Notes: a model not told the origin generated them from the letters alone. A stretch of DNA of 64,000 bases from an uncultured bacterium (GCA_963780225.1 CAWAAX010000026.1:187997-251996), one strand, 5' to 3'; shown: positions 8,374 through 19,803, counted from the first letter of the stretch. Numbers and translations are program-made.

Positions 8374-10989
8374 ATGCCTAAACTAATCCTGGTCGACGGC
8401 ACCGCCCTGGCCTACCGGGCCCACTTCGGGTTCATCCGCAACCCCCTGATCAACTCCAAGGGGGAGAATACCAGCGCCTCCTTCGGCTTTACCAACATGC
8501 TGATGCGGATGATCAAGGAGCACCAGCCCGATTACATCGGGGTGGCCTTCGACACCTCGGCCCCCACCTTCCGCGACAAGAAGTACGCCGAGTACAAGGC
8601 CCAGCGCCCCGGCATGCCCGAGGAGCTGCGCTCCCAGCTGCCCCGGATCAAGGAGATCCTGAAGGCCCTGAACATCGCGGTGCTGCAGCAGGACGGCTAT
8701 GAGGCCGACGACGTGCTGGCCGGGCTGGCCAAGCAGGCCGAGGCCAAGGGCTGGATGAGCTACATCGCCACCGGGGACAAGGATCTTTTGCAGGTCGTGA
8801 CCGAGCGGATCAAGGTGATCAAGCCCCGGCTGGGCAAGAGCGACGAATCCATCTACGGCCCGGAGGAGGTCTTTAAGGAATACGGGGTAACCCCGGACAA
8901 GATCAAGGACATCTTTGCCCTGTCCGGCGACACGGCTGATAACGTGCCCGGGGTTCCTGGTATCGGCCCCAAGACCGCCACCGACCTGATAATCCAGTTC
9001 GGCTCGTTCGACGATCTTTATAAGAACCTGGACAAGGTCAAGAAGCCCCGGATAAAAAATCTTCTGGAAGAGCACAAAGACCAGGCCCAGCTTTGCAAGG
9101 AGCTGGTGACACTGCACCTGGACCAGCTTCCCGACATTTCGCTGGCTTCCCTTAAGACCCACCAGCCGGACCAGGAAATTTTGGCCAAACTTTTCAAAGA
9201 TCTGGAATTCAATTCTCTGTACCACGAGTTCGTCTCCGGGCAGATCAAGAAGGTGGCGCCCCAGGCGGTCACCGGCCAGGCCGAGCTGGAACTGCTGCTC
9301 GGGCGGCTTAGGCGCGAGGGCGAGATGTGTTTGGAGCTGGAGACGGCCGAAGGCCGGCCCTCCAAACTCTGCCTGTTCTGCCGGGGCCAGGCCCATATCA
9401 TCGGCGGCCCGGACATCGATAAACTAAAGAAGTCCTTTGAAGACGCTGATATCTTAAAGACCGGGCACGACCTGAAGAAGGCCATCAAGGCTTTGGCTCT
9501 GTCGGGCATCCAACTGAACGGGACGATGTTCGACACCATGATCGCCTCATATCTCTTGGACCCCTCCAAGCGCAACCACCAGTCGCTGGAAGCTTTGGCC
9601 GAGGAGCACCTGGGGATCAGCCTGGCCCAGCCGGGCGGGCCCGCCAAGAAGCAGACCGAGCTTGATTTTTCGGCCGAGTCCGGTTTGACCGATGAGCTGA
9701 TGGCCCGGCGGGCCGATGCGGTTTCCTCGCTGAGATCCAAATTCGAGCCGGAGCTTAAGGACAAGGAACTGGTCCAACTGTTCCGGGAGATCGAGATGCC
9801 GCTGGTGAAGATCCTGGTGCAGATGGAAACGGAGGGGATACTGCTGGACATCCCGGTCTTCAGCCAGATGTCAAAAGAACTGGAGCGGCAGGTGCTGAAA
9901 CTGGAAAAGGAGATATACCGGATGGCCGGGGAGGAGTTCAACCTGAACTCGCCCAAACAGCTGGGGACGATACTTTTCGAAAAGCTCAAGATCGGCAAGG
10001 GCAAAAAGACCAAGACCGGCTTTTCCACCGACGTGGACGTTTTGACCAAGCTGGCCCTGCACCACGACCTGCCCAAGCTGATCCTGGATTACCGCCAGCT
10101 TTACAAGCTGAAATCCACCTACAGCGACGCCCTGCCGCTGGCCGCCGATCCCAAGACCCACCGGCTGCACACCACCTTCAACCAGGCCCTGACCGAGACC
10201 GGCAGGCTTTCCTCCTCCGATCCCAATCTCCAGAACATCCCGATGCGGGAGGGCGTGGGTCGGGAGATCCGCAAGGGCTTCATTGCGCCCAAGGGCCAGC
10301 TGCTGCTTTCAGCCGATTACTCCCAGGTTGAACTGCGCCTGGTGGCCCACCTTTCCGGCGACCAGCATTTGCGGCAGGCCTTCAAGTCGGGCCGGGACAT
10401 CCACAGCGAGACGGCCAGCGCGGTGTTCGGTGTCAAGCCCGACCAGGTGGAGCCGGACATGCGGCGCAAGGCCAAGGCCATCAACTTCGGCATCGTCTAC
10501 GGCATGGGGCCCTACGGGCTTTCCCAGCAGCTGGGGATAGGGGTGGAGGAGGCCTCGCATTTCATCGAGCACTACTTCAACCAATTCCCCCAGGTGCAGG
10601 CCTGGATCGCCCTGACCACCGCCCAGGCCAAAAAGGACGGCTTCGTCTGCACCATGCTGGGCAGAAGGCGCTACCTGCCGGAGATCAACTCCGAGAATGG
10701 CCAGCGCCGGGCCTTTTCCGAGCGGACCGCGGTCAACACCCCCATCCAGGGCACGGCGGCCGACCTGATCAAGCTGGCCATGGTCAACATTGCCCGAAGG
10801 TTTGAAGATGAGAAGATCAAAAGCAAAATGATCCTCCAGGTCCACGACGAACTGTTGTTCGAGGTTCATAAGGAAGAGCTGGCCAAAGTGAAGAAATTAG
10901 TCAAGCAGGAGATGGAGCAGGCGGTGGAGCTTTCGGTGCCGATAGTGGTGGAGATGGGCGAGGGGGACAACTGGTTCGAGGCGCACTGA
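8374..10989 (+). CDS. polA: DNA polymerase I
   Basis: 5'-3' exonuclease (LVDG, EADD, GDTADNVPGVPGIG); Pol A motifs DYSQVELR, KAINFGIVYG, QVHDEL. Confidence 0.97.
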   Translation: MPKLILVDGTALAYRAHFGFIRNPLINSKGENTSASFGFTNMLMRMIKEHQPDYIGVAFDTSAPTFRDKKYAEYKAQRPGMPEELRSQLPRIKEILKALNIAVLQQDGYEADDVLAGLAKQAEAKGWMSYIATGDKDLLQVVTERIKVIKPRLGKSDESIYGPEEVFKEYGVTPDKIKDIFALSGDTADNVPGVPGIGPKTATDLIIQFGSFDDLYKNLDKVKKPRIKNLLEEHKDQAQLCKELVTLHLDQLPDISLASLKTHQPDQEILAKLFKDLEFNSLYHEFVSGQIKKVAPQAVTGQAELELLLGRLRREGEMCLELETAEGRPSKLCLFCRGQAHIIGGPDIDKLKKSFEDADILKTGHDLKKAIKALALSGIQLNGTMFDTMIASYLLDPSKRNHQSLEALAEEHLGISLAQPGGPAKKQTELDFSAESGLTDELMARRADAVSSLRSKFEPELKDKELVQLFREIEMPLVKILVQMETEGILLDIPVFSQMSKELERQVLKLEKEIYRMAGEEFNLNSPKQLGTILFEKLKIGKGKKTKTGFSTDVDVLTKLALHHDLPKLILDYRQLYKLKSTYSDALPLAADPKTHRLHTTFNQALTETGRLSSSDPNLQNIPMREGVGREIRKGFIAPKGQLLLSADYSQVELRLVAHLSGDQHLRQAFKSGRDIHSETASAVFGVKPDQVEPDMRRKAKAINFGIVYGMGPYGLSQQLGIGVEEASHFIEHYFNQFPQVQAWIALTTAQAKKDGFVCTMLGRRRYLPEINSENGQRRAFSERTAVNTPIQGTAADLIKLAMVNIARRFEDEKIKSKMILQVHDELLFEVHKEELAKVKKLVKQEMEQAVELSVPIVVEMGEGDNWFEAH

Positions 10990-11196
10990 CACCTGGGGAA
11001 ACCAGGACCCAGCCCACTAAACACACTAAAATGAAAATTAATCAGTAAAGATTCCTTACCCTTTTGCGGACAAAGTTAACTCAGATAGTCGAACTACCGG
11101 GATAAAAAGACCTGCTGTGTAAATTACGTTGGCCAAAGGCGCCGGGAATATAAAAATAGATTTAGTTCATAAGATTTATCGGCCATAAACCATAAT

Positions 11197-12447
11197 ATGA
11201 CAGCAAACTCATTGTTCGGTTTTTACCGGGTATTTACCCAAAAAGAAAAACGCATATTTTGGCTTCTTCTGCTTTCCTCGGTCTTTGACGGGCTGACCCA
11301 GGGGGTTTTTCTGCTGCAGGAGACCATCGCCAAAAAGGCCCTGTCGGCCAGCGATCTTCAGGTGTCGCTGATTGGGATGATAGCCTCTGCCACCATGGTT
11401 TTTTCGGTGGTGGTGGGGCTTTTCTTCAACAACCGCAGAAAATCATGGCTGCTGATCGCCGGGATGACAGCGGGCCGGCTGATATTCTTGTTCTCGTTCA
11501 TGATCAATGGCACCGGATCATTTCTGCTGGTCTTGTTCCTCTACTATTCCATGTATTCGGTGCAGATCCCCGTCTTCAACTCATTCTTTCAGAACCATCT
11601 GGGCCAAAAGCGGGGTCAGGTGTTCGGGCTTTCCCGGATGGTGATGATGTCGTTTTCCATGGCGGCCGCCCTGGCCGCCGGTAAACTGATGGACATTTCG
11701 CCGCTTTATTACAAACCGATCCTGCTGTCGGTGGCCTTCAGCGGCACCATAACCTACGTCCTGTACCTCATGATGGACCGGCAGACCTCATACCCCAAGC
11801 CCCAGTCCGGTTACATCAGGGCTGCGCTCCGGGATTATAAGGCCATGTTCAAGCGCACCGATTTTTTGATGTTCGAACTGGTGTTCATGATCTACGGGCT
11901 GGCCTTTATGATCATGGTCCCGGCGGTGCCGCTGTTCCTCATCAACCGCCTGCATTTCACCTATTCGCAAATGGCCCGGGCCAACGGAGTCTACGCCCAG
12001 CTATTTATGATGCTGCTGATACCCTTTGCCGGGGCGGTGTATGACCGGATGAACCTCTGGAAGATCTGGGCGGCATCCATGGCCATACTGATGGGCTATC
12101 CGCTGTTGATGGGCCTTTCCTACTTGTCCCAGAGCCATTCGCTGGCTTACGGTTCCCTGCTGTTCTATTCCCTGGGTCTGACCGGGGTTTCGGTACTGTG
12201 GAACCTGGGGTCGCTGCAGTTCTCCGGCGGCAAGGACTCTTTTATCTACCAGGGGTTCCATGTGACCCTAACCGGCCTGCGGGGCGCTGCCGGGCCCTTG
12301 TTGGGGTATGTGCTGCTTTCAAGGATAAATTTCATGGCCAACTTCGTCGTTGCCTTCATCCTGCTTTTGACGGCAATGATCATGAGCATATTCTGTGGAA
12401 AACATTACAGCCAGAAATCCAAGGGGCGTGATGAAAAGAACAACTGA
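11197..12447 (+). CDS. MFS-type transporter
   Basis: About 12 hydrophobic segments in 416 aa; RGQVFG motif. Confidence 0.7.
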   Translation: MTANSLFGFYRVFTQKEKRIFWLLLLSSVFDGLTQGVFLLQETIAKKALSASDLQVSLIGMIASATMVFSVVVGLFFNNRRKSWLLIAGMTAGRLIFLFSFMINGTGSFLLVLFLYYSMYSVQIPVFNSFFQNHLGQKRGQVFGLSRMVMMSFSMAAALAAGKLMDISPLYYKPILLSVAFSGTITYVLYLMMDRQTSYPKPQSGYIRAALRDYKAMFKRTDFLMFELVFMIYGLAFMIMVPAVPLFLINRLHFTYSQMARANGVYAQLFMMLLIPFAGAVYDRMNLWKIWAASMAILMGYPLLMGLSYLSQSHSLAYGSLLFYSLGLTGVSVLWNLGSLQFSGGKDSFIYQGFHVTLTGLRGAAGPLLGYVLLSRINFMANFVVAFILLLTAMIMSIFCGKHYSQKSKGRDEKNN

Positions 12448-13030
12448 TATCATCGGCCTGACCGGCGGAGCCGGCTCAGGCAAAAGCACTGCGGCCAGAT
12501 ATTTCCGCGAACTGGGGGCCCGGGTCCTCGACGCCGACCGGATAGGGCACGACCTGCTGAAAAAAGGCTCACCCTGCCATGCCAAGATCATCAAGGCCTT
12601 CGGCCCTTCCATAGTGACCGGGGACAGGATAAACAGGAAGGCTCTGGGTAAAATTGTCTTTGGCAGCAAAAGGGAACTGGGAAAACTCAATAAAATTGTC
12701 CACCCTTATATTTTGAAGCGGATAAAGGGAAATATAGCCAATATTAAAAAAAGCGGATACCGGGGCATTGTGATTATCGATGCAGCTTTAATTATCCAGT
12801 GGGGCTGGAAAAAGTGGTTGGATTATATTATAATGATCAATGCTCCGGTCAGGACAAGATTGGAGCGTATGCGGATAAAAGGAATTTCATCAACCCGCGC
12901 CAAAAGCATAATGGCCCAACAGCTTTCACCCAGGAGGATGCGCCAGGAGGCGGATTGGGTCATTGAAAATCGCAGCAGTATGAGCGGACTACAGAAAAAG
13001 GTTTTGGAAGTTTGGCGGAGCATAAAATAA
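12431..13030 (+). CDS. coaE: Dephospho-CoA kinase
   Basis: IIGLTGGAGSGKST, DADRIGH, LNKIVHP; ATG 12431. Confidence 0.92.
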   Translation: MKRTTDIIGLTGGAGSGKSTAARYFRELGARVLDADRIGHDLLKKGSPCHAKIIKAFGPSIVTGDRINRKALGKIVFGSKRELGKLNKIVHPYILKRIKGNIANIKKSGYRGIVIIDAALIIQWGWKKWLDYIIMINAPVRTRLERMRIKGISSTRAKSIMAQQLSPRRMRQEADWVIENRSSMSGLQKKVLEVWRSIK

Positions 13031-13046
13031 AAATCCGAGAGGTTAT

Positions 13047-14951
13047 ATGACATTACGCAGAAAAACCATTCTTATTACTGCCGGAACCCTGGTGGTTTTA
13101 ATGGCGATTTTATATGCCGGCTCCCGCTTTATTTTTCTTAACAACCTGGCCAAAATTGAACGCCAATATGTTTTGCATAATACCCAGAGGTCGGTCAGCG
13201 TTTTAAACCGCGAGCTGGATTGGCTTAATTCCCTTGATTTCGATTGGGCCAACTGGGATGATACTTACAATTTTATGGCCAATAGAAACCCCGGTTTTGT
13301 AAAAACCTACGTAAACGCCAATATCCTTAAACAATTAGGGATCGATCTGATCGCTTTTGTGGATCTTTCCGGGAAGGTTTTTTTAGCGAAATCTTTTGAT
13401 CTGTCCACCATGGCCGAGATTCCGGTGCCCAATGGTCTTCAAAATGCAATCCTCCAAGATCCGAGGCTCTTCCGGCATAAGGAAACCCGCGCCAGATTGA
13501 CCGGTATCATGGCGTTATCTGATAATTTGATATTGATGGCATCGCGTCCGGTGGTTACCTCCGAATCCAAGGGCCCGATAAGGGGCGCCTTGATTTTCGG
13601 CAAATATCTTGATTCCATGGAAATCGAGAAAATCTCACGGGAATCATTTACTACCATAAATATTATTTCCCGTGAACACCTGCTGGCTGAGAACAAAACG
13701 ATTTATTCTAAAATGAATAATCCCGGGGATTCTACGGTTTTCGCTTTTAGTAGCGATCAAATATCAGGATTTGTAATGTTACCCGACATCAATGGCCGGC
13801 CGGCTCTGATTTTAGAAGCTAAAATGTCAAGGGATATTTACCAGGAAGGCCGGCGGGGTGTTGTTTTATTCCTGTTCTTTATGCTGGGAGCCGGTTTTAT
13901 TTTTGGGGCGACAATACTGCTGTTTTTGGAGCGTGTGGTATTATTGCGGTTGACCGACCTTGGTCTTCAGGTGGAAAAGGTAGGCAAAAGCGAGGATCTT
14001 TCCGTTAGAATGAAAATCTCAGGAAAGGACGAACTGTCGTACCTGTCCGAGGAGATAAACAGCATGCTGGCGGCTTTGGAAAATTCCAAAAACGAGATCA
14101 AGCAAAGCCAGGATAACTACCGGCAACTGGTGGACCTTTCCCCGGTGGCCATTATAGTTCACAGCCAGGAAAGGCTGGTGTATGTCAATCCCTCGGCGGT
14201 AAAACTGCTGAAGGCCGAACGGGAAGAGGATCTGGTGGGCAGAAGCCTTTACGACCTGATCCCTCCCGGAGAGAGGGAAAAGGCCAAACAGCGCATTTCC
14301 CTGGTAAAATCGGGCAAGAAAGTGTCAACTTTCCTTAATGCCCAGATGTTAAAGCTTGACGGCCAAATGCTGGACGTAGATATCATTTCCATGCCCTTGG
14401 TTTTTCAGGGCGAGCCGTCCGTCCAGGTAGTGATCCACGATATTTCCGAGAGCAAGCAGACCGAAAAGCAGCTGAGGTATTTAAGCACCCATGACAGTTT
14501 GACTGGGCTGTACAACAGAGGGTTTTTTGAAGCCGAAATGGCCCGTTTAGACAACGGCCGCAACTTTCCAATCAGCATCGTGGTCGTCGATATTGACGGT
14601 CTTAAAAAAGTCAACGATAGCGCCGGCCATCAGGCCGGCGATAAACTGCTGCAACAAGCGGCCCTCTTTCTAAAAGAGGCCTTCCGGTCCGAGGATGTGG
14701 TAGCCAGGGTTGGCGGGGATGAGTTTTCAATTTTAATGCCTAAGGCAAATTCAGCAGTAGTGGATCGCGCCCTAAACAGAATTAGGGCCGACCTTGAATT
14801 CCACAATAAAGAGAACAAGGACATCCCCTTGAGTTTTTCCTGCGGAGCTGCTACCGGCGAAAAGAACGGTTCATTGGAGGAAATCTTAAGGCAGGCGGAC
14901 CTGCTCATGTATCAAAAGAAACACAGCAAGAATAACGCGTCACCTCTTTAA
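13047..14951 (+). CDS. Diguanylate cyclase with CHASE4, HAMP and PAS domains
   Basis: DWANWDDTY (CHASE4), two TMs, HAMP (GKDEL), PAS, HDSLTGLYNR, RxxD I-site (RSED), GGDEF. Confidence 0.9.
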   Translation: MTLRRKTILITAGTLVVLMAILYAGSRFIFLNNLAKIERQYVLHNTQRSVSVLNRELDWLNSLDFDWANWDDTYNFMANRNPGFVKTYVNANILKQLGIDLIAFVDLSGKVFLAKSFDLSTMAEIPVPNGLQNAILQDPRLFRHKETRARLTGIMALSDNLILMASRPVVTSESKGPIRGALIFGKYLDSMEIEKISRESFTTINIISREHLLAENKTIYSKMNNPGDSTVFAFSSDQISGFVMLPDINGRPALILEAKMSRDIYQEGRRGVVLFLFFMLGAGFIFGATILLFLERVVLLRLTDLGLQVEKVGKSEDLSVRMKISGKDELSYLSEEINSMLAALENSKNEIKQSQDNYRQLVDLSPVAIIVHSQERLVYVNPSAVKLLKAEREEDLVGRSLYDLIPPGEREKAKQRISLVKSGKKVSTFLNAQMLKLDGQMLDVDIISMPLVFQGEPSVQVVIHDISESKQTEKQLRYLSTHDSLTGLYNRGFFEAEMARLDNGRNFPISIVVVDIDGLKKVNDSAGHQAGDKLLQQAALFLKEAFRSEDVVARVGGDEFSILMPKANSAVVDRALNRIRADLEFHNKENKDIPLSFSCGAATGEKNGSLEEILRQADLLMYQKKHSKNNASPL

Positions 14952-15184
14952 ACGATAAAGGCGGCAATAATCTGATATCCGAGCTCTTTTCCGGATCATT
15001 ATAGTCCAGGCAGAGACTGGAGCAGTGTATTTTCTGGCCGGAGCGAAGCTTGGAAGAAGACACATTTGTTAGGCGGATGCATGACCATAGTTACCTCCGG
15101 CCTCCATACAATCCTTAATTGGGAATGGGTGAAATCAAATTTCAATCATAAGAAAGATTAATTTTAACAAAGGATGGTTATACC

Positions 15185-16313
15185 TTGACAATCGCTGAAT
15201 TGAAAGAAAGCTGCCGGATAGCCGATGAAAACATAAAAAACCTGCGGAGGTATCTTTGACCTCGGTAAGTTAGAGCGGGAATTATTGCAATACGAGGATC
15301 AGATGGCCTCGCCAGGTTTCTGGAACGACAACCTTAGGGCCAAGGAAGTGATAGCCCAGGCCAATTTGCGCAAGGATTGGGTGGAGGCTTGGCGGCAGTT
15401 GGACAGGAAATGCACCGATGCCGCCGACCTGCTGGAGATGGTGGAGGCGGATGATATTGCTTCGCTGGCAGAGATAGAAAACGACCTGAAGTCGCTGGAC
15501 CAGGGAATAGAGTCCTTGGAGTACCGCCATATGTTGCGGGGCGAGGACGATGCCCGGGACGCAATCCTGTCAATTCATCCCGGGGCCGGCGGCACCGAAA
15601 GCCAGGACTGGGCCGAGATGCTGCTTAGGATGTACACCCGGTGGATGGACCGCAACGGTTATGCTTACAAGATGATCGATCTCCAGCCCGGCGATGAGGC
15701 CGGGATCAAAAGCGTTACCATGGAGGTCATCGGGAAATACGCCTTCGGGTATCTCAAGGCCGAGATCGGGGTGCACCGGCTGGTGCGGATCTCCCCCTTT
15801 GACGCCAACAAAAGGCGGCACACCTCCTTCGCCTCCATCTTCGTCTATCCCGAGGTCGACGACGAGATCAAGGTGGACATCGCCGAGGCTGACCTGCGGA
15901 TCGACGTTTACCGGGCCGGTTCGGCCGGGGGCCAGAACGTCAACAAAGTGGAGACGGCCATCCGGATGGTGCACATTCCCACCGGAATCGTGGTCTGCAG
16001 CCAGAACGAACGCTCCCAGTACCAGAACCGGATCAACGCCATGAAGGTACTAAGGGCCAGGCTTTATCAGCACTATAAGGCCGAGGAGGACAAGAAAAGA
16101 CAGCATCTGGAAGCCGGCAAGGCCGACATCGCCTGGGGCAGCCAGATCCGCTCCTATGTCTTTCAGCCATACACCATGGTCAAGGACCACCGCACCGGCC
16201 AGCAGTCCGGTGATGTGCCGGCAGTGATGAACGGCGACCTGGATAAGTTCATTTTTGCCTATTTAAAAACCGGTGGCAAGTTTGATAAAACAGAACAAAA
16301 CGATGATATGTAG
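15185..16313 (+). CDS. prfB: Peptide chain release factor 2, programmed +1 frameshift
   Basis: TTG 15185, frame 0 to CTT-TGA (15254-15259); +1 frame contains SPF and GGQ motifs. Confidence 0.95.
15246..15260 (+). promoter_or_regulatory. RF2 autoregulatory frameshift site
   Basis: GGAGG-TAT-CTT-TGA-C: internal SD followed by the canonical slippery site. Confidence 0.93.
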
Positions 16314-16638
16314 ATACCCATGGGCAGAACCTCCGGGTATGTACGTGCAGATTAATACAGATTATAACGAAATTTTGCACCTAAAAAATTAAACTTGCAT
16401 AGAAAAATCTGCCATTGTATAGGGATAGTTAACTTAACTCTGTTAAATATTCTACCACCGCAGGATTATACATATAGACGGAAACTCCTGTGGCGTGAGC
16501 AGATAGAAAAGGTTTTAGGAGTATGGCATCGGAGCAAATTGGATAGGCATTATTGCAAAAAGTATCAATTTTGCAACAGAGTGGATCAAGCCGTTTTGCA
16601 ATAATATGATTTGCAACATGTTGCAAATATCGCAAAAC

Positions 16639-16654
16639 TGGCACAAAACTTGCA
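16639..16654 (+). promoter_or_regulatory. Sigma54 (-24/-12) promoter
   Basis: TGGCAC-AAAAC-TTGCA matches the TGGCAC-N5-TTGC consensus. Confidence 0.75.
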
Positions 16655-16776
16655 ATAATAGAATATAGATATAATTTTAGCTAAATTAAATTATTGACAA
16701 TATATCTTGCACTTAAAATAATGATAGCTAATCAATTATAAAAAAACCGGATTACACTGTAAAAATTGAGGGTAAT

Positions 16777-18192
16777 ATGAAAATTTTGAATAAAATAATT
16801 ATGGTTCTCCTGTTATTGTTTATTAGTGTCTCAACAGGATGGGCCGAATCAGCAGTTTTGCCGGCGAATTCAATCTTGGCCAGCAATGGAACCTGGAATA
16901 ATCTTTCCAATAGCTATGCCGACGATGCACTTTATGCCAGCGGAATTGGCTCGCCTACAGGGAAATACTATTTCCGGGCGGGCTTGGAGAATATTACGGA
17001 CACCATCAATCGAACCATCACCCAGGTTGTCATCTATACCAAGGGTTATTCCAGCTATTCCAAATCCAGAATGCTACTTCAACCTTATTGGGGCGATTCT
17101 GCCGGATTGACGTCTGGCACCATTAGGGTGGGGACCACCGAGGTTCTTAACTCTTTCAATATCACCAGTCAAAAAGCTGCCTGGACCTGGCAGGATATTA
17201 ATAATTTAAATATAAAATTTATTCCGAAAACTTATGCAACTTATTATGTAAATTACATCTTTGCAGTAGTCACTTATATTGACACCAGCACCGTAAGCGG
17301 CAATCACCACTTTGAATTTGCTTTTATAGCCAGCCCGGAAACATTGGGAGTGGCGTTCCCCGTTTCCATAGTAGCCAAGGATGACTTGGGGGACACTGTT
17401 TACACCTATAACGGCACGGTATCGGTTAAGGAGTTAACCGGAACCATTACTCCAATTTCCGCCACCTTTACTTCCGGGGTATGTAATTTCAATCCGGTCA
17501 TTAATGACGTGATGGCCGACAACGCCATTGAAATAAGCGACGGGGATACCTTTGCCGTCAGTAACGGCTTTGAGGTGATCGATGCCGGCTTACATCACTT
17601 CAGTTTTGAACCCATCACAACGCCGCAAACGGTGGATGTCCCATTTGTTATAAGCATTATTGCCAGTAACTTTTTTGGAGACACGGTAACCACCTTTACC
17701 GGTAAAGTGGATCTTTGGGATAATACCGGAACCATAACCCCGGATTCGTCAGGGGCATTTGCTTCCGGAGTCTGGAGCGGGAATGTTACCATAGGGACCG
17801 AAAACGCCGCGGACAGCATATATTGTTCCTATTTCTCCACTAAGTCGTTTGCGGGATACAGCAATGGATTTGAAATACAAACACCATCTGGCGTCGCCGG
17901 CGATGGAACGGGAAATAGTGCAATAAAAGCCTTTAGCTTAAAAATTGTGCCGAATCCAGTATCGGATAAAGCAGAAATTGCATTGAATTTACCTGATGCG
18001 GGAAAAACAACCGCGATATTGTATAATATTGTTGGTCAGGAAGTAATCAGAAGGGATTTTGGATACCTGTCATCGGGCAATTCCAATTTTAGTTGGAATC
18101 TTGGCCGGAATATTCCACAGGGGCTTTATTTCATGAGGGTTATAATAAACGGGAAACAGGCAGGTTTTAAAAAATTGGTGATTTTGAACTAA
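16777..18192 (+). CDS. Secreted protein with Ig-like repeats and T9SS-like C-terminal sorting domain
   Basis: Signal peptide, two HHF(E/S)F..I..P repeats, C-terminal VPNP...YNIVGQ...GLYF...KKLVI. Confidence 0.75.
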   Translation: MKILNKIIMVLLLLFISVSTGWAESAVLPANSILASNGTWNNLSNSYADDALYASGIGSPTGKYYFRAGLENITDTINRTITQVVIYTKGYSSYSKSRMLLQPYWGDSAGLTSGTIRVGTTEVLNSFNITSQKAAWTWQDINNLNIKFIPKTYATYYVNYIFAVVTYIDTSTVSGNHHFEFAFIASPETLGVAFPVSIVAKDDLGDTVYTYNGTVSVKELTGTITPISATFTSGVCNFNPVINDVMADNAIEISDGDTFAVSNGFEVIDAGLHHFSFEPITTPQTVDVPFVISIIASNFFGDTVTTFTGKVDLWDNTGTITPDSSGAFASGVWSGNVTIGTENAADSIYCSYFSTKSFAGYSNGFEIQTPSGVAGDGTGNSAIKAFSLKIVPNPVSDKAEIALNLPDAGKTTAILYNIVGQEVIRRDFGYLSSGNSNFSWNLGRNIPQGLYFMRVIINGKQAGFKKLVILN

Positions 18193-18213
18193 TTTCTAAA
18201 TACGACTGCTATT

Positions 18214-18241
18214 AAAAAGCCCGTTTTAAACGGGCTTTTTT
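18214..18241 (+). terminator. Rho-independent terminator
   Basis: AAAAAGCCCG-TTTTAAA-CGGGCTTTTTT. Confidence 0.8.
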
Positions 18242-18433
18242 GCTTGACTAAACAGCACTAAGTTTGGTAAATTTACGATTGTGGGCCTGCCCTGGAATTA
18301 CGGAAGTACTGAAACACGGAATTACGGCCGAAAAATAAAAAGGCTGTGCTATTTATTTTCAGTACATTCAGTGTCTTTTTGGTAATACTAAATAAATTGC
18401 TGTTTGTCAAAGGGCTAAACTTATGGAGGATCT

Positions 18434-19732
18434 ATGAAATTAGACTGGGTTTACATTTCGGAAATAGGAAAACACCTGGGCCAGGAGGTGACCCTCAAGG
18501 GCTGGCTTTATAACAAGCGCTCCTCGGGCAAGATCCACTTTTTGCAGATCCGGGACGGCTCGGGCGTGATCCAGGGCGTAATGGTCAAGAGCGAGGTGGG
18601 GGATGTGGTCTTTGAACTGGGCGACAAGGTCACCCAGGAATCCTCCATCATCGTCAAGGGACTGGTCAAGGAGGACAAGCGGTCGCCCTCGGGTTACGAG
18701 ATGGGGATCACCGGTCTGACGATAGTCCAGCTGACCCAGGACTATCCCATCACTCCCAAGGAACACGGGCCGGCCTTTTTGATGGAGCACCGCCACCTGT
18801 GGATGCGCTCGTCCAAGCAGCACGCCACCCTCCGGGTCCGCGACACCATAGAGCAGGCCATTCACGCCTACATGCATAAAGAAGGGTTCATCCATACCCC
18901 GGCCCCTATTCTGACCCCCACCTCCTGCGAGGGCACCACCACTCTGTTCCAGACGGATTACTTCGGCGAGCCGGCCTTCCTCTCCCAGTCCGGGCAGATG
19001 TACATCGAGGCCACCGCCGCGGCCTTCGGCAAGGTCTACACCTTCACCCCGGCCTTTAGGGCTGAGAAGTCCAAGACCCGCCGCCACCTGACCGAACTGT
19101 GGATGATGGACGCCGAGGCCAGCTACTTTGAGCACGCCGAGAACATGCAGTGCCAGGAGGGGATGATCTGCGCAGTGGTGGAGAGGGTCTTAAGCGAATG
19201 CCAGAGCGAACTGAAGACACTGGAGCGCGACACCGCTCCGCTGGAGAAGATCAAGGGCCCGTTCCCGAAGATATCCTACAAAGAAGCGGTGGAATTGTGC
19301 AACAAGGCCGGGGTCCACATAGAATACGGGGAGGATTTTGGGGCCCCGCACGACACCGCCATTGCAGGCTCGTTCGAGCGGCCGGTGTTCGTGGACCGCT
19401 TTCCGGCGGCCATCAAGTCCTTTTACATGCAGCCGGATCCCCAGGATCCATCAGTGGTGCTGGGTTCCGACCTCTACGCCCCGGAGGGCTATGGCGAGAT
19501 CATAGGCGGCAGCCAGAGGATACACAACCTGGACCTTTTGCTGAAGAAGATGGAGGAGCACAAGGTGCCTTACGAGCCTTATAAATGGTACGTGGACCTG
19601 AGGCGCTACGGCAGCGTGCCTCACTCCGGATTCGGCATCGGCATCGAGCGCACGGTCTGCTGGATGTGCGGCCTGTCGCACATCCGCGAGGCCATACCCT
19701 TTGCCCGGATGCTGGAGAAGATATACCCGTGA
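18434..19732 (+). CDS. asnS: Asparagine--tRNA ligase
   Basis: OB fold; [46 protein letters not shown]. Confidence 0.93.
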   Translation: MKLDWVYISEIGKHLGQEVTLKGWLYNKRSSGKIHFLQIRDGSGVIQGVMVKSEVGDVVFELGDKVTQESSIIVKGLVKEDKRSPSGYEMGITGLTIVQLTQDYPITPKEHGPAFLMEHRHLWMRSSKQHATLRVRDTIEQAIHAYMHKEGFIHTPAPILTPTSCEGTTTLFQTDYFGEPAFLSQSGQMYIEATAAAFGKVYTFTPAFRAEKSKTRRHLTELWMMDAEASYFEHAENMQCQEGMICAVVERVLSECQSELKTLERDTAPLEKIKGPFPKISYKEAVELCNKAGVHIEYGEDFGAPHDTAIAGSFERPVFVDRFPAAIKSFYMQPDPQDPSVVLGSDLYAPEGYGEIIGGSQRIHNLDLLLKKMEEHKVPYEPYKWYVDLRRYGSVPHSGFGIGIERTVCWMCGLSHIREAIPFARMLEKIYP

Positions 19733-19733
19733 C

Positions 19734-19770
19734 GACCTAACCCCAACCCCTTCCCGATGCGGGAAGGGGC
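19734..19770 (+). repeat. REP-like hairpin repeat, solo copy
   Basis: GACCTAACCCCAACCCCTTCCC-GATGC-GGGAAGGGGC; near-identical to 26467-26504. Confidence 0.8.
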
Positions 19771-19803
19771 TTTTGTAGCAGGTTATTTTTTCATGAAAGA
19801 AAT

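Noticed and set aside
18280..18430. T-box leader for asnS
   Set aside because: No GGTGGNACC T-box motif or terminator/antiterminator; only short repeats and an IR
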